A stretch of 64,000 nucleotides of DNA from Octopus sinensis (Eukaryota), in the NCBI RefSeq assembly GCF_006345805.1, contig NC_042998.1, positions 186,248,001 to 186,312,000 of the forward strand, written 5' to 3'. The position numbers and the translations under genes were made by a program. This document shows, in pieces, positions 45,509-58,539 of this stretch. How positions within the stretch are numbered: the first letter of the stretch is position 1; the number at the start of each line of letters is the position of its first letter. The notes under the pieces are model-generated. The model saw only the letters and a list, made by a program, of their open reading frames with translations. It was not told the origin of the DNA and made no database searches.

Positions 45509-48129
45509 CAGAAGCTTAAGTTTGAATGTATCTTACAATTTATTTATCATATTTGATAGCAATTACAGGAAAATGGTGGTGGGTGTATTTCGAAAGCTCT
45601 GCTTAACCAAGATAGTAGCTTGAAATAATAGCAGATATATAATAGCTGGTGACATGTATATTCTAACGATGCAGTTTGATTAATTGGTTGCCAAGTAACA
45701 AGTACAGTTTTGTATTTTGTGCCTGGTCAGCAACAATTGAGCTGGCCTGTGATTACAGATGTTTCAGCTGTGACTATCCTACATTTCATTCAGATTATAC
45801 CTCAGACTATAATCCAATATGTCCTGCCATTTTAAAGATAGCAGGTTACAATTTATGAAAGAATTTGTTATTTCTAGCAGGACCAATAACTATTTAGAGC
45901 CTCCCACATTGGCTCATAACAAGTATGATTATAAGAGAAGTCGAAGTTCTTTTGTTTTTGTTGAGCTGCATCTAAAACCATCAAGCATGTCACCCCTAAT
46001 ATGTACTTGTCAAAGAATTAAGTAAATTTCTAGTAATATTCTAAGGGTGATTCAATTGCTGATGGATGTAATGTAGGGATTCGTTGAGTTTATGAAAAGG
46101 ATAATATAGAGACCTAATTATGTCTAGCTCAGTGCTGAGGAAGTTGGCTTGGGTCAGATTTATTTAATGGTAATATGTAAAACCTTGTTTCTAAGCCTAT
46201 TAGTCATATGCAGGTTGGCCTCATATAATTTTAGTTATCTATCAATGTAGTACAAACCTCCATCTATACCCATGAAATGGGTCCTCAGGATGTGTAGAAT
46301 ACACAATCTGATATGATCACCAAGTTCCACAGAGCCATTTGCCCACATGCTAAATGGATCCAAATAGATCCATAGTGAAGTACCAAGATTTTGCTAGCAT
46401 GTAAAATGATTTCAATGTCACCATCAGATATAGAAGTGAAGGATTTGGCAGGCATATGCTTCATTAATTAATGATTCATTAATAAGTGCATAGTAGTTTT
46501 GTAATGCACCTATAACTGAATTCGAGATTATCAATGGACTTATTTGAATAATGCAATTTAATATAAATTTGATTGTGATATGAAGGGTGATATAAAGAAA
46601 ACGTGAAGGAAATATGAGACATTTACAAGGAAGATACATGGGGAAAATACATGCAAGATTTCATTAACAAATACTTAGAAAAGAAACACTTAAAAATATA
46701 TGAAAGATGTGTGTGAATATGCATGTGTGAAAATCTCTGGAAACATAGATGGCAATGCACAAAGGTGGATGAAAGATGATTGGGATGTTGTGTAGAAGAG
46801 GGAAAATTATATTTTGTGAAGTGGGTAAAGCTAACAATGATTGAAAAAATGCAGAATGAGGGAAACCTGTGTAGGATAACAGTTTTGAAAGGTAGTTTTT
46901 TTTTTTAATTGTTATTGTATGATTTTATTATAATATTGTCTTAGTGTAGTGCATCTCTTTATTATCGATTTCTCATGATTATTAGAAGAATTTTTATTAA
47001 TTCCAATGTTCTGCCATCATTTGTTTTTTATCTTGATTATCACTTGAGGTACAATGAATAATTAATTATTCATCCTTCATTAAATAGCCCCTAAGCCTTT
47101 AGTGATATTTTGTATTCATTTTTATTCATTTTTACTAACATACCCATGTGATTAAAAATTATGATAGTTTTACTAATGATGAAAAATGGCGCATCCAATG
47201 AAAACTGTGAGAAACCATTGATAAATTTCTTACCTAAAGGCTATGCACTTTTTATTAAAGGGAAAAATATATTAATTGACTTGCATGTGTAAGCAAAAAC
47301 AGAGTATTGTAGTTGCTCATCTTTGCGTGTTTGCAAAATTACTAGAAAATGGCTGAACAGATTTTCACCAAATTTAGCAGAAATACTCATCGGGTGAGTG
47401 GCTCAAATTCATTATTTTGGTTTGATTATTTTCAAAACTGGCAGATGAGTGAATCAAAATGTTTTTTCCTTTGTTTATATAATTATAAACGATAAGCAGG
47501 AGAAATAACTCTTGATGTCATTTTTTTGAAATATGAATTCATCTGAGAATATATTTATTAAATAAAATTTTATTTTATCCTTGTGTGCTCACATGGTATG
47601 CATCGCCCCTCTGATGCCTTTTTTTTTTCATTCATAATTGCTTTTACATTTATGAAATTTTTGGCAAAACTATAATTTGGTACTCTTCCAAATTTGTTTG
47701 CTCACAATTTTCTAATAGATGCACATTTTTCAATGAAATTTTGCAGAGATATATTTTCAAGGGTGTAGATTCTGATTATACTGATAAAAATTCTGTTTAA
47801 AAAAAAGTATTTTTTTAGGAGTTTTGGACCATTCCCTGCTTACTTGATTTTGTTTCCTCATAACTCTCTTTGAAAAGCTTATTGTTTTGTCATTATGCAG
47901 AGATACATTTGCAAGAGTACTGAGTGTGTAATGCTAATGTTTCAAACATTAGAAAGCTGACAAAATGTGAAAAATACTAAATTACACAAATTGGTTATAA
48001 CAAAAGCAGGGTGGGGTGAATGATCAAAAAAATCCTAGATAAAATTATATTTATGTTTCCCTTTTTAGTTTTATTTGAGAGATGTCGTCACACTTTGTTA
48101 GCAATAACTTTCCACAGCCCATCACTTTG

Positions 48130-48515
48130 ACAGAGCTTCAATTCTGGATCAAGCAAAGATTCAAACTGACACTTGGCATCTTAGATATTCCCAGACACTC
48201 ACAACCCTTACCATCTGGGTATTGCAGCTGGAGGAGCTTCTAGATTAATAATTTATAGCAGACTAGTGCTGGGAAGGAAAGCTCAGAGTTTCTTGGAGAA
48301 AATTCAGGGCATCAATGAGAATGTATTGGATGGTCTATTCTGGAAGATTTTCTCTGCTCAGAAACTATAGATAAGTTTTAGAAATCATTGGACTGACCAT
48401 GCTACCTAGGGTCATTGCCATTTCAAGATAAACTCAACAGATACAAAACTCCTATCAATTGGGAAGTCTGAGACACATACAGAGCAATGAAACTATTCTT
48501 CATGCATTCAGGTCT
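48130..48515 (+). mobile_element. Degenerate Tx1/L1-like LINE 3' fragment
   Basis: Frameshifted remnants GSLPFQDKLNRY and SNETILHAF resemble the RT-associated zinc-binding region. Confidence 0.5.
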
Positions 48516-48550
48516 AAGCATTACTAACTTTTGGGTTTATGTTGAGCAAC

Positions 48551-48915
48551 AGCAGGAGTGACTGTGTGGTAAGTAGCTTGCTAACCAACCACATGATTCC
48601 GGGTTGAGTCCCACTGCGTGGCATCCTGGGCAAGTGTCTTCTGCTATAGCCCCGGGCCGACCAATGCCTTGTGAGTGGATTTGGTAGACGGAAACTGAAA
48701 GAAGCCTGTCGTATATATGTATATATATGTGTGTGTTTGTGTGCCTGTGTTTGTCCCCGATGCTGGTGTGTTTATGAACTTAGCAGTTCGGCAAAAATAG
48801 ACTGTTAGAATAAGTACTGGGCTTACAAAGAATAAGTCCCAGGTCGATTTGCTCGACTAAAGGCGGTGCTCCAGCATGGCCACAGTCAAATGACTGAAAC
48901 AAGTAAAAGAGTAAA
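48551..48915 (+). mobile_element. tRNA-derived SINE (family A), full length
   Basis: Head with A/B-box-like motifs (gtgtggtaag; gggttgagtccc), body and (aagagtaa)-type tail. Confidence 0.88.
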
Positions 48916-49129
48916 ACTGATGTTATATGTACAAAGGATCCTGTTGTCAACTGAGTTTATCATGAAAATTGGTTCTCTACTTTCCTTTAATCAAGGAGGA
49001 AAGACAATGTTGCCCTTCTTATGGCTACAGGGAATGAGATTGTGTAATAGACATGACAGAAAGGACTGAAAACTTACACTTTCTTCTTCTGTCAAACCAT
49101 CATTTATTTATTTTTTTTTTTTTTTTTAG

Positions 49130-49174
49130 ATTTTACATGGAAAAGAACGTGAAGATAGAGAGAAACTGTGGGAG
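49130..49174 (+). CDS. Candidate 45-nt cassette exon (ILHGKEREDREKLWE in phase 0; FYMEKNVKIERNCG in phase 2)
   Basis: 17-nt poly-T + AG acceptor, GAG|gtgagg donor, length divisible by 3, two open frames; no homology recognised. Confidence 0.45.
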
Positions 49175-49366
49175 GTGAGGGGAGCCCTCTTCTAGTAAAT
49201 TTTATAAAAGCTTGTTGTTGATGGTATCAGACTCAACACAGGCGAATATACAGCATGCAGCTGTAGATAAGAGAATGCCTACAGATGTGTGTTGGCAGTC
49301 AGGGTGATTTGGGATCTGTGACTTCATTGAGCAGCTGAAAGTGGTGGTCCTCCTCTCTTGAAACTC

Positions 49367-49367
<1 letters not shown>

Positions 49368-49430
<63 letters not shown>

Positions 49431-49450
49431 ACCACACACACACACACACA
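49368..49450. repeat. Compound (CT)n(CA)n microsatellite
   Basis: Direct reading. Confidence 0.95.
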
Positions 49451-50080
49451 GAGTGTACACTTTTTAACTCATTTTAGTTTGTTTGGGGAGGGAGGGTCTG
49501 GCACCTATTCTCTATATAAACCCATACACTTTTTGTAACTTTCATAAATCACCTTGGTGACAATTATCATCATCATCATCATCATTCATACAAGCTTTCT
49601 CAACTCACCATTATTTTACATTACACTTATGATTACTCTCAAGACTTCAGCTACTACTACTATTATTTTTTTATGGCAACCCCTCCCCTCCCAACCCTGC
49701 CTTTTTCTTTCTTTCCCCCTTTATCATATTAGAGTTGTCAAGGTTTCTTAGTTCAAATATAGCGTAATGCACATTTAATAATAACCAGCCTGAATGTCTG
49801 TATCACTGAGCTTTAGATGTGAGCAAAGAGACACTATTTGATCAGATGTAAATAACAGTTCGATTGATAGAAAGTGAAATTCATTTTGTCATAGCTGAGA
49901 CAACATCCCAACTAGTGGCATTTTTCCTCCAAGACCAGAAGATACTTCAGACTCCAACAACAGTTATTGATACTTCACAAAGCTCAGTAGAGGCTCTCAG
50001 CAAAGTATTGCTTACATATATATGGAAAGGTGTTGCTGCACATGCAGACAACCTAGACTGCAATACATCGCTCAATTTAT

Positions 50081-50450
50081 TACTCTTTTACTTGTTTCAG
50101 TCATTTGACTGCAGCCATGCTGGAGCACCACCTTTAGTCGAGCAAATCGACCCCCAGGACTTATTCTTTGTAAGCCTAGTACTTATTCTATTGGTCTCTT
50201 TTGCCGAACTGCTAAGTTACAGGGACGTAAACACCACAGCATCGTTTGTCAAGCGATGTTGGGAGGAAAAAAAACACAGACACACAAACACAGATACGGC
50301 GGGCTTCTTTCAGTTTCTGTCTACTAAATCCACTCACAAGGCTTTCGTCGGCCTGAGGCTACAGTAGAAGACACTTGCCCAAGGTGTCACGCAGTGGGAC
50401 TGAACCCAGAACCATGTGGTTGGTAAGCAAGCTACTTACCACACAGCCAC
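50081..50450 (-). mobile_element. tRNA-derived SINE (family A), full length
   Basis: Reverse complement of 48551-48915. Confidence 0.88.
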
Positions 50451-50597
50451 ACGGATAAACCTTATCTGCTTCCCCCTTTACACCTTACATCATGACACTG
50501 TGATACACGATCCCTATTGATCGTTTTTTTCTTTTGTTTGTTTCTTTTTTTTTCTCCTTCTTTCCCTTTTACGATCCCTTTTGATCGAAAACCACTG

Positions 50598-50675
50598 TAA
50601 CTAGAGAGTTAATCACCAGCTATATATATGTATATATATATATATATATATAGCTGGTGATTAACTCTCTAGTTA
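50598..50675. repeat. Short inverted repeat around (TA)n
   Basis: TAACTAGAGAGTTAATCACCAGC-(TA)n-GCTGGTGATTAACTCTCTAGTTA. Confidence 0.92.
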
Positions 50676-51849
50676 AAGTTTCACTTTAAACCAAGTATCT
50701 AGTGTATGAACAATGACTTCATATCATCGCTTAACGTCCGCCTTCCATATTGGCATGGGTGGGACAATATTATCAGTGGATCATATAGCTGAAAAAGAAG
50801 AACACACACATACATAAACGCATGCATGCACACACCCACACAGACACGTCTATCTTGGATAGTCTTAGTTACAAAACCAAGGGAGACCACTTCCCAGTTA
50901 CGTACACAATACATTTTGATACAGAGTTGATATATTTTTTGAGTAACTACTTTGCAAGCGAGTGCTGATCTGTTTTCGTTTATACTTCAGTATTCACCCC
51001 TGATGAGTTTCTGAGAGAGTCTGAAATGGAGGAACTCACCTCATATAAACTCTCATATAAATTCAACTAAAATTGTTGCTGAATTTCTTAGCTGTTAATC
51101 CAGTTTCCCTAGGCAACTTTTTTATCAAACATTTGCCTGGTTAATTGATTAATAATTAAACCTAAGGTGGTGAACGGAAACATACATCTGGTTAAGACTT
51201 AGGCTGGCATTATTCTTGTGCAGAGCGGACCATGAATTCTACAGAAAAGGTTTCATTTTTATTTTTGAAGAGGAGGTAACTCTCATAGCTTTAAAATTAA
51301 CAAGGGAGGTAATAGGTAAGAGAAAGTAAAAAATACATCGTAGAATGTTGAATTTTAGAAGTATGCATACGTTGATAAATGTAAGGATCGAGTGTGGGTT
51401 GAAGTGGATATCACATATTACCAAGTGAGATGTAATATATGATAACATATGTAAAGCATAAAGCTCACTGATAGGTCAGGATGGTGTGGAAACCCCAGCA
51501 GGATTGGAAATACAATCTGAGAAAGGGTAGAAACACCCCCCTCGGAGAAGACAAGTCATCTGTACTTGGAGAAGAGGCAGGTACCACCACTTTATGCAGA
51601 CACTGATATGAACCTACAACTTCTTTCAGGCTGTGAATTTTGGATAAATATTTCATTGTATGAGTACTTGCATGCATGTTTGATAGTACAAGTGGAAAGA
51701 ATGATTGTATGAATTTTGAATTAAAATATATATGTTAACATACACACACGTCATCTAATTAATTTCATCCAAATTATTTCATTTAATTTTATCTTAATTT
51801 CAAAGATATTAAGTTACATCTTTATAACAGATTCAGTTTGTAGTTGGTT

Positions 51850-52138
51850 TGTTCCTTCTCGAGCCCTGCCTGGCTCATAAGGGCCGGTTTCCTTGGCGTA
51901 TAGGTTCCCCACTTGGACAGGACGCCAGTCTGTCGCAGGTGAGCTGCAAGATGCAGGAGGAAAAAGTGAGAGAAAGTTGTGGCGAAAGAGTCAGCAGAAG
52001 TTCGCCATTACCTTGTGCTGGAGCCGCGTGGAGCTTAGGTGTTTCGCTCATAAAAACACACATCGCCTGGTCTGAGATTCGAACCCACGATCCCTCGACC
52101 GCGAGTCCACTGCTCTAACCACTAGGTCATGTGCCTCC
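51850..52138 (-). mobile_element. tRNA-derived SINE (family C)
   Basis: Reverse complement of 53146-53445. Confidence 0.85.
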
Positions 52139-52160
52139 ACAACATTGGTGGTGTTATTTT

Positions 52161-52433
52161 TGAAAAGTAACAGTTGTTACCACCTCACTGTGTTTGTTCC
52201 ATACAGAACACTGTTACTACTCTTTTTAACTCCAGGAGAACATCTCTTCCAGCTGGTTAACAACACACTATCTGTGTCCGTTATATTGCAAACAAGCGAG
52301 TGAACAACTCCCATCTAGCGCTGACAGGAACCAATACACCAGCTGGAGGAGATGTCCTCCTTTGGCTAAAAAGAGTAGTAACAGCATTCTGTAAGGAACA
52401 ACCATGTTGAGGTGGTAACAATATTACTTTTCA
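52161..52433. mobile_element. Foldback/MITE-like element with ~95-bp imperfect TIRs
   Basis: 52161-52257 pairs with 52338-52433 (about 80% by eye). Confidence 0.75.
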
Positions 52434-53145
52434 GTAGAGTTACTATTTGCATCTTGTATAGAGATTTTAGAACTAGCTACTTTGCTTGCTGGTGTTTATA
52501 TATATATATATACCTAATACCTGTGAGTTGTGTTATAGTGAATCAATAGAATTTCCTCATCTCTAGTACCCTAGGATGACTATCTTATCTCTGACACCAC
52601 TGCTCATTATTACTTTTAAATTAATTTACCAATATTGTTTAAGATAATGTATTTCAAAATCTCTTTACATAAATTAAACTTGCTTGGTTTACACCCATCT
52701 TGTCTGCAATATAGGAATGGCATGACAAATTTAGATTAATATATAATGGCATGGTTTAATATATATCAAGATGACTTAACATAGATCAAGTTGACTTCAT
52801 GTGTATTCACTTAGATTAATACTTATTGAAATGGCTCGATGATTCAAATTATTTTGTAAGTACCATGAGATTTAGCATTTATTAGAATGGTTTAACATAC
52901 ACAAAGACAGTAATTTCCAGACTGTCAACTTCATTTTGAGAGTTTATATATTACAATACACATATGCATGTGCAGACACACACACGCACGCATGCATGCA
53001 TGCACATACAATTTCAATTCGTTCAATTATTAATCGTCGAGTATCGTATTCCTGAGTATTTACTGGATTTTAACTAGTAATCTTTAGTTGTAAACTAATA
53101 GTTGTAATGTTTGTATCCACTATGCCATTAGCACATGAGGATTTG

Positions 53146-53445
53146 AGGAGGCACATGGCCTAGTGGTTAGAGTAGTGGACTTGCAGTCGAGGGATCACGG
53201 GTTCGAATCTCAGACCGGGCATTGTGTATGTTTATGAGTGAAACACCTAAGCTCCACGCTACTCCGGCAGAAGGTAATGGTGAACCTCTGCTGACTCCTT
53301 CGCCACAACTTTCTTTCACTCTTTCCTCCTACATCTTGCAGCTCACCTGTGACGGACCAGTGTCCTGTCTAGGTAGGGAATCTATACACCATGGAAACCT
53401 GGAAACCGGCCCTTATGAGCCAGGCATGGCTCGAGAAGGAACAGA
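53146..53445 (+). mobile_element. tRNA-derived SINE (family C)
   Basis: A box TGGCCTAGTGG and B box GGTTCGAATCT followed by SINE body. Confidence 0.85.
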
Positions 53446-53810
53446 CAGACATGAGTATTTGGATCAGACTTCTACTTTGTTATTTATAAACAAAGGTTCC
53501 TGATTTGAGTTCAATCTGGAATCATGTTCAATCTAACACAACTTATGATAATTACAGATCAAAATTTTGTGCAGATTAAATATTGTACATATTCACTCTA
53601 AAAATGAAGTTAATAATTTTAAAAATTATAATCATCATCATCATTTAGCATCCGCTTTCCATGCTAGCAATTTGTAATTACATCAGAATGACCTAAAATA
53701 ATTTGGTGAACATATTAGTAAATTACATATGCATGAATTATAAAATGAAAACAAGTTACTATGTGTGACTTGTGCTTGGGTGTTATGATTTGTAGATAAT
53801 TCCAGTCAGA

Positions 53811-54226
53811 AGGTGGTGAGCTGACAGAAAAGTTAGCACACCGGACAAAATGCTTAGCAGTATTTCATCTGCCGTTACGTTCTGAGTTCGAATTCTGCCA
53901 AGGTCAACTTTGCCTTTCATCATTTCGGGGTCAATTAAATATGTACCAGTTACACACTGGGGTTGATGTAATCGACTTAATCCGTTTGTCTGTCCTTGTT
54001 TGTCCTCTCTGTGTTTAGCCCCTTGTGGGTAGTAAAGAAATAGGTATTTCGTCTGCCATTACATTCTGAGTTCAAATTCTGCTGAGGTCAACTTTGCCTT
54101 TCATCCTTTCGGAGTCGATAAATTAAGTGCCAGTTATGCACTGGGGTCGATGTAATCAGCTTAATCCCTTTGTCTGTCCTTGTTTGTTCCCTCTATGTTT
54201 AGCCCCTTGTGAGCAATAAAGAAATA
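53811..54226 (+). mobile_element. Family B SINE plus tandem partial duplicate
   Basis: Core tatttcgtctgcc...tagccccttgtg repeated head-to-tail. Confidence 0.85.
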
Positions 54227-54502
54227 AGATAATTCCAGTCAGTTGTGTAGGAGTTGATGCAGAGGTTCTATATGTCTATCCAATCATCTGATTACTGTAT
54301 TTAGAAAGAGCTGACCTGTCATCATTGAGGCATATTTTCCTTAAATTCAGAGCATTAAGTCTATGGTCTGCATTTTGATGATAATAAAATGTTCTTGGGA
54401 AAAATTTGGTGGTCGCTTTTTTATTTTTTTTTTAGCTATATTGATCAAGAAGAGTGACTATATAGAAACTTCTATCACTCATTTGTTAAGTTTAATTATA
54501 CA

Positions 54503-54896
54503 CTAGCAGTATAGCCCAGCGTTGCTCGGGCTTGTTTTCTTTTTGACCCTTTAGAATTGGAATTTTTGAAAAGTAAAAATTTTGCATTATGTAGCTTGTT
54601 ATTCTCTTTAAGTGAACATTTTTCGGGTTGAAATACACCGAAAAATGGCAACACAGCAGTCAAAAAATCGTAAAAAAAAGGGGGTTTTCATAGAAAAAAA
54701 GCACCTTTTTGATGTAAATAATTTTTGCTGTTAACACGGTCCGATTTGAATTTTTTTCTTCTACGGAAGGAAGAGCAAACCTATCATACTCTCAATTTTG
54801 GTCAACTTGTGCGGCAGGGTCTCGGAGGAGATAGTGTTAGTTGAAGGCTACCAAACCTGCCATACACAGACAACTTCAGCTTTATATATATAGAGA
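54503..54896 (-). mobile_element. Non-autonomous Helitron-like element
   Basis: Minus strand 5' TC(TC)TATATATATAAA, 3' CCCGAGCAACGCTGGGCTATACTG-CTAG-T; interior differs from the 17879 copy. Confidence 0.8.
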
Positions 54897-55385
54897 TGAC
54901 AATAAATGAGCTGTGGATAAAGATTTGTTTCAACTGGAAGACAAAGTAGCTGTATAAAGAGTTATTATATGTAAAATGTGAATAAAAGGTTTAGTTATGA
55001 GTTGATCAAGCAAATAGGTTTGGAAAGATGTCTATGACAGGATAGAATTGTAATGGATACAAGGTGACACTTGTTTACATTTGGCTTCTTCTCACAGAAC
55101 CGTTTGAGCAAATCACTGATGGTTTATTATCTTTACATTCTTCCCTTTCCATTCTATGTCATGTAGTTCTAGGCTTTTGAAGATGTGGAATAAAAATCCA
55201 CTACTTAAAAGATTGCATCTGGTCTTTCCTAAGACTATACAACAGGTATGTCATTATTTGTGGCCTGAAAGTTGTTTGCAGTGCCTCACCTTCATTGGGT
55301 GATATTGACTCACATAGTCATATGCACATTAAGAAGTTTTTGTCATTTCATAATCTTGTGTTATTACCTCACTAATCTTAGTGTG

Positions 55386-55625
55386 GTTGCATTGGCTTAG
55401 TGGTTAGGGTGTTGGACTCATGATCATAAGATTGTGGGTTCAGTTCCTGGACCGGGCGACATGTTGTGTTCTTGAGCAAAACACTTCATTTCATGCTGCC
55501 CCTATCTACTCAGCTGGCAAAAATGAGTTATCCTGTGATGGACTGGCATCTCATCCAGGGTAAAATATGTACACCATGGAAACTGGGAAACCAGCCATAT
55601 GAGTTTGTACGACTCAGAAAGGATC
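55386..55625 (+). mobile_element. Family C-related SINE
   Basis: tggcttagtggttagggtgttggactc...ggttcagttcctggaccgggc head. Confidence 0.7.
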
Positions 55626-58255
55626 TTTATTATGTATGAATTAGCTAGACATTCTACCAAATTTGTCTATGAGGATGCTCCTTATATCTCCTTCTTTTAT
55701 TTTAATATGCTGCCTTAGTTTTTGTTAACTGTTTCTGGCTAGAAATTATAAATGGCAAGAAACAAATCCCATGTGTATGTGTGTACAGATTTTATATTGA
55801 TATATATTAATTAAACAAGAAAGTATCCAGAAGCTGGAGAAATATTCTTTATTACTCATCATACTCTTAACACTTTCATTCTTCACAGAATTCTTCAAAA
55901 ATTGCAGGCTGTTGTGTATAAGATGTAGACTGATTCTTGGCAATTGTCAGGAATTCAAATTAAGCTTGGACAAAAAATGTGTTTTGGGAGTGCCAGTTAA
56001 GCTGTTTGACCTCTTATTTGTTATTTTGAATCATTGTCTGTGTGTATGTGTTAATGCTTAAACAAAGGATGAATTAGTCTGTGGGGAAGACTGGTCTTTG
56101 AAGCAGTTTGCATAACGTCTTTGTCCAAAAGCGCCATCTGTCCATTACTTTTAGTGTATGTAAAGGGATGTCAGCTGTTTCTTGAAGAAAGAGACCAATA
56201 GATTTCTGGGATGGTTGCTTTCAGGACAAGACTATCCAGATAGACATATGTTAATTATGCGTATATATCATTGTTTAATGTCTGTTTTCTATGTTGATGT
56301 GTGTGTGTATAAATCAGTAACAATGTACAGTAAGATTCATGATGGTAGAATCCAAGGAGTATAAAGTTCCAATGCTTATTTGAGGTGTTTGTACTTGCTA
56401 TTCTCTTACCTTTTTTTTTTTGTTTACATTGTTTTAGTAATTACTTTTTGATGACAAAAAACAAGCACACATATTCATGCATACATAATCACCTTCCATA
56501 CACACACACACAGACACACACACACACACACACTATAACTATACAGAATATTTCTTACTTCATGAGCTGAGATGGTTTGCATATTGATCTGAGTAAACAT
56601 TATGAAACTATTAATACACTAACATAAGCATGAAAATGATTATGTTCTATATATCAAAATATATTTGTTTGTTTTAAGTATAGATTTAATGTGAAATGAA
56701 CCCTGGAGTATTTTCATGCTGTGTATTTGTTGTGTGTGTGTATGTTTGTGTGTGTGTGTGCATGCATACACAGCTTTTTGCTGTCAGATCATTTGACTGT
56801 ATATTTAGATGTTTTCTCTAATGTTAACCAAATATGGTTAGCACTTAGTTTTTGTCAAGCAAAATCAAACAAGGAAAGCTATGTTCCTTACTCAAATGTA
56901 TAATGATTGTTGTAAGATTTAAATTTATGATTATGCAATGTGTTCCTCAATATCTCAAACTTTCAGCTATTATCTTGCTTTTGTAAAATGAACATATATC
57001 TAATGTATGTGTATATGTGTTTGTGTATGTCTATAGATGTTTTTCAGCAACAATTTAATGACACATCACTTCTACACTTCTCTAAACATTCACCTGTGAG
57101 ACTGGAAAAGGTCTGCAGTGCTTGGAGATCCTTGAAACTCCTTAACAAACCACTGTAATCATCTTTTGTAAATTGATAAAATCTTATCTTATGAATGTCT
57201 TATGTGTGTGTGAGTGTGTAAGATGTGAGGTTATATTAGATATAATTGTTTCATTAAATATATGTTTCCTTGATTTAAGGAATCAATGTCACTTTTCCAG
57301 TGCAACCACTAAACTGCTTCTGTAAAAAATGTTGTTTTCATAAGCTGTTTCATTATTCCAATGCCATGCATGTAGAAAGGGTTTTTTTTTTTTGTCAATT
57401 TCAAAAACACTCAATTGAACTGTTGTATTAGTGTCCCTTTATCCCTTATCTTCCCAACCTAGTCATTACCTATCCTATCCTTCAAACTAATAAACTGTTA
57501 TACACCTTTCCTTTGCTGCCCATCGTAAGGTGGACCTGAAGGCACTTAATAAGACAGAGCTTGATGACCACAGACGGGTAAGCTATTGTTGTGTGTTAGC
57601 CTACTTTTGGATGCATGTTATAATCCTCCCAAATATTATTTTATTGTTAATGTTTGTTTTGTTTTTTTTTCATTTCCCCTTACAATCTTCTACGTAAATC
57701 TATTGCTGCATCTTTCTTAATTATCCCATGCTTATTTATCAAATAGTCAATTACACACCTGACTCCATCTGCCAGTTCTATAATTTAGCTGAATAGAAAC
57801 AAAAATTGCTAACTTTCACTTAAGATTAATTTCTACATCTCATCCTGTTCCCAGACAGAATATCACTGTTACTAAAGTCATACTTTTTATCATTCAGTCT
57901 CAAATTGTTTCAGAAAATTTACTGAAAAAGAGTTTGTGGGGTTTTTTACATTTTTTTTTTCCTTTTATGTTTTGGCATTTTTTTATGGTCAATACCATTT
58001 CATTAAAAAAAAATGAATCTGTTGCATTGTTTATTATTCAGCTTGCAGTCTTGTGAATTCTCAATTTATATTCTTAGCTGAAATTACCTTATTCATTCCT
58101 TTGCTTTCTTTTCCTCTGGGTTTGATAAATACCAGGCATATATATATATATATATATATATATGAATCATGGTTTGTAGTCATTCAAAAGAAAGTAAGAA
58201 AATGGTTATATAACATTTAATACAAAATTATTATCTGCAAAAAATCAAACATAGT

Positions 58256-58338
58256 CCCTTACAGCTGTTTCAATTAAGCCTAATAGATTAAACAGCAATT
58301 ATTTTAATCATTATATTAGTCAAAATCTCTTCAGAGAG
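58256..58338 (-). ncRNA. Type-I hammerhead ribozyme
   Basis: Minus strand CUCU-CUGAAGA-GAUU...AAUU-GAAA-CAGCUG-UA-AGGG; palindromic stem III ACAGCUGU. Confidence 0.7.
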
Positions 58339-58539
58339 GTGGAAAAAAGATATACTGTTAGATCTTTTAAGTGTTGTATTTTAAAATCATCACAGCAGAC
58401 TCAGTATATAGTCTGAAGCTGACTTGAGTATATACATATATGTATATGTGTATTTATGTGTGTGTATCTGTGTGTGTGTGTGTGTGTGTGTGGTAATAAA
58501 ATGCCTACAGCTAGCTGGATGGATTCTCTGAACTTTCAA

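Noticed and set aside
49864-50367. 167-aa ORF
   Set aside because: The C-terminal half is antisense SINE sequence and the remainder has no recognisable homology
51475-51595. Coding-looking stretch MVWKPQQDWKYNLRKGRNTPLGEDK as an ITPR exon
   Set aside because: No polypyrimidine tract at the acceptor, a weak donor and no similarity to IP3R
53146-53220. tRNA gene
   Set aside because: A/B boxes are present, but the sequence runs into a SINE body shared with other copies and the cloverleaf is imperfect; the same applies to the other SINE heads
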